This document shows positions 1 to 13,284 of a DNA stretch of 64,000 nucleotides, piece by piece. This DNA comes from Octopus vulgaris (lineage: Eukaryota). The DNA lies in the NCBI GenBank assembly GCA_951406725.2, contig OX597818.1, positions 89,156,001-89,220,000 on the forward strand. Reading direction: 5' to 3'. The notes beneath the pieces are model-generated. The model was not told where the DNA came from. It searched no databases and worked only from the letters and a program-made list of their open reading frames with translations. Each line of letters starts with the position of its first letter. Position 1 is the stretch's first letter. A program made the position numbers and the translations under genes.

Positions 1-111
1 CAGATAAATAGAGAGAGAGAGAGAGAGAGATAGGGAGAGAGAGGACAAAAATACGTGTATTTGCGGGTACATATGTACATATATATATATATATATACAC
101 GTGTATATATC

Positions 112-458
112 GCGGACGTGGGATCGCTGTTTCGATTCCCAGAGCGGGTGTTGTGAGTGCTTATGGAGCGAAAACACCTAGAGCTTCACTCGGCTCAAAC
201 CGGTCTGGAGGTGCAGCGAATCATTCTGTACTTTTTCCCCATGACTTTCTCTCACTCTTTCTTCTTGTTTCTGTTGTACCTGGATATCAAAGAGCCAGCC
301 TTGTCACACACTGTGTCACGCTGAATCTCCCTGAGAACTACGTTAAGGGTATACGTGTCTGTGGAGTGCTCAGCCACTTACACGTTAATTTCACGAGCAG
401 GCTGTTCCGTTGATCGGATCAACTGGAACTCGCGTCGTCGTAACCGACGGAGTGCCAT
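112..458 (+). mobile_element. tRNA-headed SINE with the ...GTCGTAACCGACGGAGTGCCA tail
   Basis: B-box-like GTTTCGATTCCC near the start; the 3' ~170 bp match the reverse complement of 29581-29825; ends at a (TA)n tract. Confidence 0.7.
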
Positions 459-460
459 GA

Positions 461-534
<74 letters not shown>

Positions 535-809
535 TATATATGTTTATGTGTCTGCGTTTGTCACCCATCATCGCTTGACAACCGATGTTTACGACCGCGT
601 AACTTAGCGGTTCGGCAAAAGGTGTCCCGTAGAATAAGTCCTAGGGCGATTTGTTCGACTACAGGCTATGCTCCAGCATGGCTGCAGTAAAATGACTGTA
701 ACAGATAAAAGAATGCGTGTGTATCTATATATACGCATATATATCGTGCGTGTGTATGCTGATGTATGTGTGCTGTCCATATCAATCTACAATCAATCCC
801 ACACTTCTA

Positions 810-884
<75 letters not shown>

Positions 885-885
885 C

Positions 886-917
<32 letters not shown>

Positions 918-1642
918 ACTCACACATATATGTGAATGAATTCATATTTACTGACATGCATAAATCTACGTATACATACACATACATACACGCACTCGTA
1001 CATAGACACACACACACACACACACTCACACACGCACACACTAGTTTCCATGTTGGTGCACAACAGCTATATATAAGCTCGTTGGCGTCTGTAATATTAT
1101 AGAACGGGTAGTTTATGAAATAATCATCATTCGTGAATTTTATCTAATCTAACGAAAACAACCACGAAGACATTGCAAAATTTGAAATGGTAAAAATAGA
1201 ATTATCAAGAAAAATAGAATTATCGCCTGTCAATATTAAATGTGATATAGTTGGTGTAAAAACGCAGATTTGATATGTTTACTTGTCGACATTTTACAAT
1301 GTTGGTTAGTTTCAATGATTCTTTCTGGCGTCTTGTCTGTTTCTTTCAAATTATTCTGAAATGGTTTAACACTTGTGTTTGCTAAACTCTGTATTCTCTC
1401 AAATACCCAGTTATTAAGGTTGTGGCCGACATCTTGAATTTTATTAATGGCTCGCGTCAAGATATAGAGGCAAAGGAGGAGGCGAGGAAAATATGAAGGA
1501 GCAGTGCTCTGCAGCTATGCAGTCAGTTTTCTGGTCTTGTGTATGAGTTCTTTCATTCTTTCTTGTTGATGTTGTTACTGCTGTGGTTCTTGTTATTGTT
1601 ATGGTCGTCGCCAGCGCGCCGGACGAAATGCTTAACAGTATT

Positions 1643-2452
1643 GAACGTAGCGGCAGACGAAATACCTATTTCTTTACTACCCACAAGGTGCTAAACACAG
1701 AGAGGACAAACAAGGACAGACAAATGGATTAAGTCGATTATATCGACTCCACTGCGTAACTGGTACTTATTTAATCGACCCCGAAAGGATGAAAGGCAAA
1801 GTCGACCTCGGCGGAATTTGAACTCAGGATGTAGCGGCAGATGAAATACCTATTTCTTTACTACCCACAAGGGGCTAAACACAGAGAGGACAACCAAGGA
1901 CAGACAAACGGATTAAGTCGATTACATCGACCCCAGTGTGTAACTGGTACTTATTTAATCGACCCCGAAAGGATGAAAGGCAAAGTCGACCTCGGCGGAA
2001 TTTGAACTCAGAACGTAGCGGCAGACGAAATACCTATTTCTTTATTACCCACAAGGGGATAAACACAGAGAGGACAACTAAGGACAGACAAACGGATTAA
2101 GTCGATTATATCGACCCCAGTGTGTAACTGGTACTTATTTAATCGACCCCGAAAGGATAAAAGACAAAGTCGACCTCGGCGGAATTTGAACTCAGAACGT
2201 AGCGGCAGACGAAATACCTATTTCTTTACTACTCACAAGGAGCTAAAAAACAGAGGGGACAACAAAGGACGGACAAACGGATTAAGTCGATCATATCGCC
2301 CCCAGTGCGTAACTGGTACTTATTTAATCGACCCCGAAAGGATAAAAGGTAAAGTCGACCTCGGAGGAATTTGAATTCAGAACGTAGCGGCAGATGAAAT
2401 ACTGCTAAGCATTTCGCCCGGCGTGCTAACGTTTCTGCCAGCTCACCACCTT
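1643..2452 (-). mobile_element. Head-to-tail array of four family B SINE units (Meta/MESC-like core), 184-bp period
   Basis: TATTTCTTTA recurs at 1667, 1851, 2035 and 2219; each unit carries the core GGTCGACTTTGCCTTTCATCCTTTCGGGGTCGAT on the minus strand; only the rightmost unit has the full head. Confidence 0.9.
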
Positions 2453-3193
2453 AATGAAAAATTATATTACTTCCTTCCAATACGTTCCATGGTTTTACAA
2501 ATTTGCTGTTCCAACGTGTATTAAACATGAAAGTTTACCGCTTGTATGTTTACGTTAAAATTTGTTTAATATATGAGTTCCCTGTTGTACATTCTGAGGT
2601 TTAACAAGTTTCTGGTTCCATGACGTTGAGAAATTTTTTCATCCTGGTTTTTTGTGTTATATGTTCTGAATATGAAGTTGCAGGGAGATGTGATTCACGT
2701 GTTCTATTTCATGAGCATTTTAATAATGCACTCAACCATTCCGTATCCACAGTGCAGTTTGTTAATAATTATTGTATGGAATATATATTTCAATAAATTT
2801 TTTCTATAAGGAGGTATTTCAAGTACACTTTCTGCTTATATGTGCGAGTGCAAGTGTGCATATACTTATATATACATGTATATATGTATGCATGATTGTG
2901 TGTATGTTTGTCGGTAGGTAGGTAGGTAGGTAGGTATGCAGGAGAGTAGGCATTTACTTGTTTCAGTCATTAGATTGAGGCCATGCTGGGGCACTCTCTT
3001 GAATGATTTAGGCAAACAAATCGACCCGGTATTTATTTTTTTATTTAATTTTGGTACTTATTCTACCGGTCTTTTTTACGGAACGTAAACAAACCAGCAC
3101 TACTTCTAAAGTGGTCGCGGAGGATAACCACAAACAGAAAGAAAAGCAACATACACACACACACGCACACACACATACACACACACACGCACA

Positions 3194-3280
<87 letters not shown>

Positions 3281-3347
3281 CAGAATCAAGGCAGTGCTCC
3301 AGCATGGTCTCAGTCTAATGACAGAAACAAGTAAAAACATTTTTAAA

Positions 3348-3383
<36 letters not shown>

Positions 3384-3386
<3 letters not shown>

Positions 3387-4647
3387 GGGTTGGACGAAAT
3401 AATGGAAACATTAAAATTTCTTACAAATTTATTTATAGGACCGATTTTGGCTGTAATTACAGCTTGAATTCTACGAGCTATGGACTTGTACAAAGTTTGA
3501 ATTGCTTCAAAAGGAGTTTTTGTCCATTCTTCAACTAAAACAGTCTCCAGTTCTTGTAGTGATGATGGCGGAGGATATCGACTCCTTACTTGTTTTTCTA
3601 AAGTGCACCATAAATGTTCAATGATATTGAGATCTGAGGACTATATTGGCCAGATAAGATGTTCAACTTCACTAAAATGTTCCTCTTGTCATTCAGTAAC
3701 AACTTTAGCTGTGTGAATTGGGGCATTATCATCCTGAAAGATAGCGTTTCCCTCCGGAAACAGTTCCGCGACCATAGGATGAATTTGACAAGATAAAATG
3801 CTTAAACAGTCTTGACTATTAATTCTGCCATGAAGGGAAACCATTGACCCAGTGAAATTCCAAGATATAGCCCCCAAATCATCACAGGTCCGCCTCCATG
3901 TTTAACAGCTGGAAGAAGGCAGTCTGGGTCAAATGCTTCTTTTAGCCGTCTCCACACATATACTTGGCCGGTGGTCGGAAACAAGGTAAAGGATGACTTG
4001 TCTGAGAAAATAACATTCTTCTACTGCTCTAGGGATCACTTCTGTAAGTTTTTACTGCACTCTAAACGCTTTCCAACGTTTGTTTTTTAAAGTAGTGGTT
4101 TTCTGATTGCAGCCCTTCCGTGAATTCCGGCTTTGTGCCGCTCCCGACGAACAGCTTTTGTGGAAACTGGGTTCTTGAAGTGGTCATTATGATCTGCAGT
4201 AATTTTGGGAACTTTACTTTTGTGATCCTTTCTAACAATTCACGTAAGAGTCCGACGGTCCATGTCTGATAGTTTTCGTTTTCTTCCGGAGTTTTGTTTT
4301 GACGAGGAGGTTTTTTCCCTCTTTCTCAAAGGCTGTCATTACTTTCGAGACAGTACTTCTTGATTACACCAAACATTTCAACTGTTTTCGTTACGCTAGC
4401 GCCAGCCATACGAGCATCAACAATTTTACTTCTTTGAAAGTTCGGTAGATCTGTCATATTAATAAATGTTAATTACCTTTATGTGCTGATATCTGAAAAG
4501 AAACAGCAATTTTAGCAAAACATATTAAACAACAATAATAATAAATAAAAAAAACATAAAAAGAAGCAAGCTTTTGGCGGTTTTATAGATATTTCAAAAT
4601 TATAATGCTATGATGCTAGGTCTTTCCATTATTTTGTCCAACCCTTG
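3384..4647 (-). mobile_element. Full-length decayed Tc1-like DNA transposon with DD36E spacing
   Basis: ~27-bp TIRs CAGGGGTTGGACGAAATAATGGAAACA / TCTTTCCATTATTTTGTCCAACCCTTG, with TA on the left; transposase motifs SGRKRKLS, VIFSDKSSF, VKHGGG, FQDDNAPIH and DLNIIEHLW. Confidence 0.95.
3430..4457 (-). pseudogene. Tc1-like transposase pseudogene with stops and frameshifts
   Basis: Starts MTDLPNFQRSKIVDARMAGASVTK at 4457; ORF fragments 3802-3984 and 3689-3877; C-terminus YKSIARRIQAVITAKIGP. Confidence 0.92.
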
Positions 4648-4654
4648 TGATATA

Positions 4655-4701
<47 letters not shown>

Positions 4702-5374
4702 GACGAGCTTCTTTCGGTTTCTATCAAATCCACTCGTAGGTGTCGTGCAGTGGGACTGAACTCAAAACCGCATGCTTGGGAAGAAAGCTTCTCAACTTCA
4801 TAGCCACACCTGCGCCTATAAACGTAAGCAGTATGATTACTTTACGTTCAAACACAAACTACTATCACAAAAGAAATATATAGAAAAAAAGGAGAAATAT
4901 GGATATTATTGTGTGTGTATGCGTGTGTGTGTGTGTGTGTCTGTATCTGTGTGTGTGTGTGTGTATGTGTGTGTGGAGAGAGAGAACAAACTAGCAAAGG
5001 CTATAGTAATGAAATATAACAATTTCAAAGTAGCAGATGAATTCAACTTAGAATTTGACTTACAGTGACATTTCTCAAATAGGTCGTGAGTGAATGCATA
5101 GAAGTGTTTTATGCCCCAAGGTTCAGAAGGAACAAAATCTCAAAGGAAAAAAAGTGAGGAAAGTGAAAAAGTGAATAGAAACTCCTAAAATGTATAGAAA
5201 CACGTCAAAGTAATTTGTATTCAACAGTTGATAAATTTTGTCAATGATCAGGTCGCAGATGTATAATCAAAAGTTTGACACTCGAAGAAATAAGAGAGAA
5301 GTGAATATAATACCTTTCATGTGTTCTTCAATCGATAAAATGTCACTATTATGATGCCATTGTTCTGTATATGT

Positions 5375-5445
<71 letters not shown>

Positions 5446-5461
5446 TTTATTTTATAGAAGG

Positions 5462-5512
5462 AGCTTCTACAGGACTAGAACTGTTTCATTCAAATGAAAT
5501 CATCAGGAAGCT
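5462..5512 (-). ncRNA. Type I hammerhead ribozyme motif, canonical core
   Basis: Minus strand: AGCTTC-CTGATGA-tTTCatttGAAt-GAAA-CAGttctagtcCTG-TA-GAAGCT; perfect 6-bp stem I, GUA triplet. Confidence 0.8.
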
Positions 5513-5521
5513 TGGTGTCAA

Positions 5522-5556
<35 letters not shown>

Positions 5557-5589
5557 AGTAATTGAATGAGTTATCTTATTAAGGATAAT

Positions 5590-5801
5590 TCGGTTTTCCG
5601 GTTTCTATGGCATATGTGTTCCCCAGCTGGACGGGATGCCAGTCCATCGCAGCGTTACTCATTTTTGCCAGCTGAGTGAACTGGAGCAACGTGAAATGAA
5701 GTGTTTTGCTCAAGAACACAACGCGTCGCCCGGTCCAGGAATCGAAACTACAATCTTACGATCATGATGCTGACACTCTAACCACTAAGCCACGCGCCTC
5801 C
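5590..5801 (-). mobile_element. tRNA/CORE-like SINE, family C
   Basis: Minus-strand head GGCGCGTGGCTTAGTGGTTAG...GTTTCGATTCC and core GTGTTCTTGAGCAAAACACTTCATTTCACGTTGCTCCAG; matches 6518-6768. Confidence 0.85.
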
Positions 5802-5808
5802 ACGTATA

Positions 5809-5961
<153 letters not shown>

Positions 5962-6041
5962 GTGAAAAGGAACACACGAGTTGATATATATGAAAAAACA
6001 AGTCAAAAATAGAAAATGCTAAAATAATTTTATAGTGAACA

Positions 6042-6085
6042 TTTCAGTACCGGTTTCGGTCATTTTGAGACCTTTTCAACTGTAA
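6042..6085 (-). ncRNA. Minimal type I hammerhead motif, U3-A8 core variant
   Basis: Minus strand: CAG-TTGAAAA-GGTC tcaaaat GACC-GAAA-CCGG-TA-CTG, inside a ~170-bp unit (5958-6128) flanked by (TA)n. Confidence 0.72.
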
Positions 6086-6517
6086 CGATTAAATAATTAA
6101 ATTTAGAAAAATTAGAAGAAAAGTTTTTTATATATATATATATATACATAATATTACTAACCTTATATAAATTATATAAATTACGAACGAGGTAAGCGTT
6201 TCGTTTCATTGCCATACTATAATATAGGGCTTCTCTAGTTAATAGTTGGCAATATCAATGCTGGCTGGCTGGTTGGCTGGCTGAATTCTCCAATTATGCC
6301 TTACATCATATAGGAAGAGGGGATATGTAGAAAGAGTTAAAATACATAGGTCAGAATGAGTACACATACATACCGGGGTTGGTAGCTGGCAATGACTAAA
6401 AGAATATTGCATTCATACATAATGAGAGAGAAGACGGTCACTGAAACAGAGAAGAGAGTCTAAAAGAATACTTATAGAAGTTCAAATTTATGCAAAAGAT
6501 ACGTTTTCGATGTAATA

Positions 6518-6768
6518 AACGTGCCCTTCTAAAGCCTAGCCAGGCTCATGGGCAAGGTTTCCCGCTTTCAATGACGTATGTGTCCCCCAGCTGGACGGGA
6601 CGCTAGTCCATCGCAGCGTTACTCATTTTTGCCAGCTGAGTGGACTGGAGCAAAGTGAAATGAAGTGTTTTGCTCAAGAATACAACGCGTCGCCCAATCC
6701 AGGAATCGAAACATCAATCATACGACCATGATGCTGATACCCCTAACTACTAGGCCACGCGCCTCCAC
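6518..6768 (-). mobile_element. tRNA/CORE-like SINE, family C, with a ~17-bp TSD
   Basis: Flanks ACGTTTTCGATGTAATA (6501-6517) and ACGCTCTCGATGTAATA (6769-6785). Confidence 0.88.
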
Positions 6769-7033
6769 ACGCTCTCGATGTAATATATTGTAATTATGTT
6801 GATAAAACTTTTAAAAGTTAACAGAAGCAGACATTTATTGCTTATAGACAAATGAGAAATGTGTTTTATTTAATTCTATTTTGAGGAAATAAATATTTTT
6901 CTTTCGAAAATTAATATTTTGAAACTAAGTAGTCAACATTTTGTTTCAACAACAAAACTTTGATAAAAGTTGAATTTTAATTATTGTAACTATGCTATAT
7001 TTTCTGATACTACTTAAAGCGACAAAAAATATA

Positions 7034-7600
7034 TTGGGTTGTTCGGAAAGTTCGTGCCGATTTTTAAAGGAAAGAAAAAGGTCAATAAATACTTGCCATT
7101 ACATTTTTAATCAACCAAATATGAACCATTTTGTTGCACAATGCTTCTCCATCTTTCCCTTAACTTGAAAATACGCTTTTCCCAGAATTGAGGTGGTTTC
7201 ATGGCAAAGAATTCATCAAAGTATCTTTTTACGCCATCCAAGGAATTGAAATTTTTACCATTAAGACTATTCTGCAAAAACCTGAATAAGTGGAAATCTG
7301 AAGGAGCAATATCTGCTGAATATGGAGGGTGGGGGTAACATATCGCAGCCGAGCTGCAGCAATTTTTGTTTGGTTCCCAAAGCATCAAGTGCCGAAAATG
7401 AACTTTCTTATCTTCCATTTTAAAGGGTTACAGAATTAACACAGGTTATAGGAACATAAACCTTCTTCCACGATAAGATAGCTTAAACTGTGCTCTAAAT
7501 GGAGGTGCAGTCAAATCCTATTTCATGGACTCAACCATGTCCTAAAATAAGTCGAAAGGTAAGCTGCTATACATCGGCACGAACTGTCCGGACAACCCAA
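7034..7600 (-). mobile_element. Non-autonomous mariner deletion derivative, 567 bp
   Basis: TA flanks, ~28-bp TIRs TTGGGTTGTTCGGAAAGTTCGTGCCGAT; ORF 7107-7418 contains HPPYSADIAPSDFHLF; twin copy at 58947-59513. Confidence 0.95.
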
Positions 7601-7960
7601 TACTTCCAAAGTCACCCGACGTGTGACAGGTAACACTTTAGTATCTATATATCTTTTCGCTAACACATATCCACTAATATAGAGGGTCTTATAGGTTGTA
7701 TGTCCGTGGATAGTTAAGGAACGTGCGCAGCTGCCTATGAAAATCCAAACACACTTAAAATATGCAGCACGTACAGCTGGTTCTCCTATTTTCAACGAGC
7801 GTACTGTATATATAGACTTAGTTCTTGCAACTTTCGTAACAGAGCGTTGGCTAAAAAAAGAGTCATCGGCTATTTTCTATGTGCATTGTAGCAATTTATG
7901 TTTGAGTATTTATGTATACATGTATGTATACATATGTATATATACATGTATATATACATA

Positions 7961-8059
<99 letters not shown>

Positions 8060-8182
8060 AATATTTTATAATTATATACATAATTATAACAAGAGGTCAG
8101 CTTTATGCCTCACCACACACTGCAAGAAATAGAAGCTAAAAGCCAGTATTATCACCTTAAAATCTCAGAGAATAACACACTA

Positions 8183-8224
<42 letters not shown>

Positions 8225-8227
<3 letters not shown>

Positions 8228-8322
8228 CACAGTCAATCGTCCTTCCTATTTAAACCGTAACCTACTAGACCGAGTATCGGATAAAATTGGATATCGGTGA
8301 TATATGTGTGTGTTCCTTCATA

Positions 8323-8373
<51 letters not shown>

Positions 8374-8464
8374 GCATACATTTGACATAAATAAATATAT
8401 ACATATATCCAAATTTTAAGTGCTTGTGTATACACACATAAATACATATATATATATATATATA

Positions 8465-8498
<34 letters not shown>

Positions 8499-8602
8499 GG
8501 TATGAATGAACACACACGCACATATATCACCGATATCCAATTTTATCCGATACCAGGTCTAGTAGGTTACGGTTTAAATAGGAAGGAGGATTGACTGTGT
8601 AT
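8225..8602. repeat. Inverted repeat with ~105-bp arms around a microsatellite spacer
   Basis: CACAGTCAATCGTCCTTCCTATTTAAACCGTAACCTACTAGACC... is mirrored by ...GGTCTAGTAGGTTACGGTTTAAATAGGAAGGAGGATTGACTGTG. Confidence 0.92.
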
Positions 8603-8648
8603 ATGTGTATGTATATATACATATATACATACATATAACTCGAGAGGT

Positions 8649-8686
<38 letters not shown>

Positions 8687-8729
8687 GCAAGCACATATGC
8701 ATCAAATGGCCAGTGTATGTATATATGTG

Positions 8730-8764
<35 letters not shown>

Positions 8765-9251
8765 TCTTAGAATATAATCTGAAAGTTAAGTCTGAGAGTG
8801 AATGCAAATAATTAATCCATAATCACTTCTTTCACAAACTATGTTGTCTCACCTATATCTAATCGGGAATTAAGGGATAAAATTTAGTTAATTTATAATG
8901 TATGTACTTATGTGATGAAAGATTTTATGGTCGTGAACGGCAAATTAGGTTTCAATAAAATAAAGCTGTGGTCATGTTCAATGGATACGAATGTGCCTCT
9001 TGAGGCCTGTTGCTGCTTTGCAAACCTTTCGGCAAACGGAAGAAATTGACAACTCAGCTTGCTCGAGTGCCTATGGATTCTTTACTGTGTTTCCTTGAGT
9101 GTATGGCAAGGTTTGCTTCGCTTCATGCCACAAAACCAAGGTGACAGGGAAGATTTCCATTTAGAAAAGCAGCGTTTTGCCAGCGCGCCTTCTAGCTTGC
9201 ACGAAGTTGGTTCCGATGTTGGAATCGACTTTGCTCAAATCTTTGAATTAA

Positions 9252-9410
9252 GCAGGAGTGACTGTGTGGTAAGTAGCTTGCTTACCAACCCCATGGTTCC
9301 GGGTTCAGTCCCACTGCGTGGCACCTTGCACAAGTGTCTTCTACTATAGCCTCGGGCCGACCAAAGCCTAATGAGTGGATTTGGTAGACGGAAACTGAAA
9401 GAAGCCCGTC

Positions 9411-9466
<56 letters not shown>

Positions 9467-9522
9467 ATGTGTGTGTGTATGTGTGTGTGTATGTGTGTGT
9501 GTGTATGCTTGTGTGTGTATGC

Positions 9523-9566
<44 letters not shown>

Positions 9567-9782
9567 AACATCGCTTGACAACCGATGCTGGTGTGTTTAC
9601 GTCCGCGTAACTTAGCGGTTCCTCAAAAAAGAAAGGAGTGGCAGGGAGCTTGCTTACCAACCACATGGTTACGTCTTCATTCCCACTGCATGACACCTTG
9701 GACAAGTGTCTTCTACTATAGCCTCGAGCCGACCAAAGCCTTGTGAGTGGATTTGGCAGACGGAAACTGAAAGAAGCCGTCG

Positions 9783-9881
<99 letters not shown>

Positions 9882-10083
9882 TTGTGTGTCTGTGTTTGTC
9901 CCCCCAACATCGCTTGACAGCCGATGCTGGTGTGTTTACGTCCCCGTAACTTGGCGGTTCGGCAAAAGAGACTGGTAGAATAAGTACTAAGCTCACAAAA
10001 AATAAGTTCTGGGGTCGATTTGCTCAACTAAAGGCGGTCCTCCAACATGGCCGCAGTCAAATGACTGGAACAAGTAAAAGAGT
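9252..10083 (+). mobile_element. Two adjacent family A SINEs (CORE-like, with an internal TA/TG microsatellite)
   Basis: Head GGAGTGGCTGTGTGGTAAG...GGGTTCAGTCCC, core ACCTTGGGCAAGTGTCTT, tail ...CAGCATGGCCGCAGTCAAATGACTGAAACAAGTAAAAGAG; more than 20 whole or partial copies in the window. Confidence 0.9.
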
Positions 10084-10119
10084 GAAAAAAAAGAATATAT
10101 ATGTATGTATGTATGTACG

Positions 10120-10153
<34 letters not shown>

Positions 10154-11122
10154 TGTATGTATGTATGTATGTATGTATGTATGTATGTATGTATGTATAT
10201 GTATGTATGTATGTCTGGAGAGAGGGAGAAAGTGAGTGAAAGAGAGAGAGAAAAAGACTTAGGTTGGTATTATACTTACTGCTTTAGGAACGGTTGTAGT
10301 CCTGAACCTATCTAGATAGACCCCTTCAGTCCTCTACATTTGATTCATAGGAACAGCTCGGATGTGTGGCACCTGAATGCAGACAGAGGGTACTGCTCTA
10401 GCACTCGGTCAACACTACCTTTCTCGCCTCCCGGTAGAAGAAATGTGCACTGAACTTCAGCGGTATTTGAACTCAGTCCTCAGAGAGCCAGAACAAGTAT
10501 CACGGCAACAAACATCCTTGCTAGTTGTACACACACAAGCACACACACAAGCACACACACACACACGCGCATTCACAAATCCCCATATATGCGTATGCAT
10601 TTGTATGTAGATGTGTGCGTATATCTGTAGGCATCTATGTGTGTATGAGTTTATATGTTTGATTCTCTTCGTATCTCTTCTATATAACTGGATGTATATT
10701 ATATTTCCCTTGATTGTACTTTAGTGTCTGTATAACATCTGCATAATATCTACATTACATCTGTACAACATTATCAATATTTTATTCTCTTCATACATTC
10801 TTCTTACTCCCATTCCCTCTCACCACCCCCTATCTAGCGCACCATCTCTATTCCTCTCCCCTATTCCTTATTTCTTTTTGTATTTGTCATTTGTTATTCG
10901 CCATCTTCCCTTTTGTGTTATTTTTCAATAACGTCATAAGTAATGATGTGTTTCATATTATTGGCTGTATGGTTAAGAAGCTTGCTTCCCAACCACGTGG
11001 TCTTAGATTCAGTCCCTCTACGCTGCATCTTGGGCAAGTGTCTTCTACTATAGTCCCGGGCTGACCGAAAGAGGCCGTCGAATATATTCGTTTGCATATA
11101 TGTGTGTGTGTGTATACATACA

Positions 11123-11155
<33 letters not shown>

Positions 11156-11156
11156 T

Positions 11157-11533
11157 CTTTTATTTGGTTTAGTCATTTGACTGCGGCCATGCTGGAACAC
11201 CGCCTTTAAGTCGAAGAAATTGACTCCAGGACTTAATCTTTATAAACCTGGTACTTATTCTATTGGTCTCTTTTACCGAACCGCTATTGTGCGGTGACGT
11301 AAACACATCAACATCGGTTGACAAGTGATAGTGGGGGACAAACACAGGCACAAAGACACACACGTAAATATATATTCGATGGGATTCTTTCAGTTTCCGT
11401 CTACCAAATCCACTCATATGACTTTAGTCAGCCCGAGGCTATAGTAGAAGACATTTGCCCAAGGTGCAATGCAGTGGGACTGAACCTGGAACCATGTGGT
11501 TGGGAGGCAAGTTTCTTACCACACAGCCACGCC
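11157..11533 (-). mobile_element. SINE family A copy
   Basis: Reverse complement of the family A head, core and tail. Confidence 0.88.
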
Positions 11534-12090
11534 TATATGTATATATAATGTCTATGTGTCTTTTTGTCTGTGTTATATTTGTCTCCACAACCGCTTGATA
11601 ACGACCTGCTTTGCTTACGAACGTGCAGCTTAGCAGTTCAGTAAAAGCGAATGATAAAACAAGAACCACATTTAAAAAAAGTAAGACATAAGAACTTAGT
11701 TCGATTCGTTCCACTAAACTCTTCGAGGCAGTGTCCCAAAACCGAAATAAAATAAAAGGAAATCATGAAAGAAAAGATTATTAAAATTGTAACAAATTTT
11801 TTTTTTTTTATATTCTTAAAATATTATGAAGTCATTAATCTCTCTATTTTCTTTTTTTTTTTAATACCATCGAAAATATGCAAACATTATAAGAGCAGAA
11901 AATTATTTCCTTTATCCTGTCCATATGGCAGCATTTAAATCAATGGAGTTGCCTACAGCAAGTGTTTCAGAAAGTGGGTATCCATAATGGCTGAGATATG
12001 ATCAAGCAAATTATCAGCCATTTCTCGCTCTTTCGTTCTTTCTATCTTTATCGCTCTCTATGGCTATCTCTCTCCCTTTCTCTCTCTCTT

Positions 12091-12122
<32 letters not shown>

Positions 12123-12354
12123 ACTGTATCCATTTATTAGTCCATCTATCGATTTGTCTTTCTAAGGCTCTTTCTGTTTATCTGTCATTCTATCAATTTC
12201 TCTCTAACAATCTATCAAAGAATCTATTTCTTTATCTATCTATCTACCTATCTATCCATCAATGCATTTATCCATCTATTTATCTGCCTGTCTTAATGTC
12301 AATCTGTCTGTCTATCTGCATTTCTATTTATCTATCTAGTAGATGATTGATCTT

Positions 12355-12437
<83 letters not shown>

Positions 12438-12744
12438 GTCTGTCTGTCTATCAAACAATGTATCTATCTATTTATTCTATTTCTCAAACAATTTATCTAT
12501 ATTTCCATCAATCTATCTCTTTATCTATCTATCTATCTATTTATCCATACCTCTATCTATCTATTCATACATCTATTTTTCTCCAAACCCTTCCTTAGTC
12601 CAATCATTGGAAGCATATTTAAGTTTTATAACTAAATGTGTCCAAAAGATATATATTAGTCACGTTGGGTAAGTATCCTCTAATATAGCCACGAACCAAC
12701 CAATCCATTGTGAATGAAATGTATATACATTAGATAGATAGATA

Positions 12745-13137
<393 letters not shown>

Positions 13138-13284
13138 TATTAAGTGACCATTACTACCAACCAATGACTAATAGAAGGATGCGAAATACAGCATCATTGT
13201 GATTTTTATATAAAAAATATGAGCTTCCAGAAGTGATATTACGAAAGTTTAACTATATTTGTTCCAATTTTACTTTCCGTTTTA

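Noticed and set aside
1236-1460. 74-aa non-repetitive ORF
   Set aside because: No recognisable motif or splice context, and the length is within chance expectation
1643-2452. Regular repeat array that might suggest CRISPR
   Set aside because: Whole 184-bp units are repeated with no unique spacers; the sequence is a eukaryotic SINE and no cas genes are present
8930-9250. Possible hAT transposase C-terminal remnant
   Set aside because: The resemblance is too weak to support by eye
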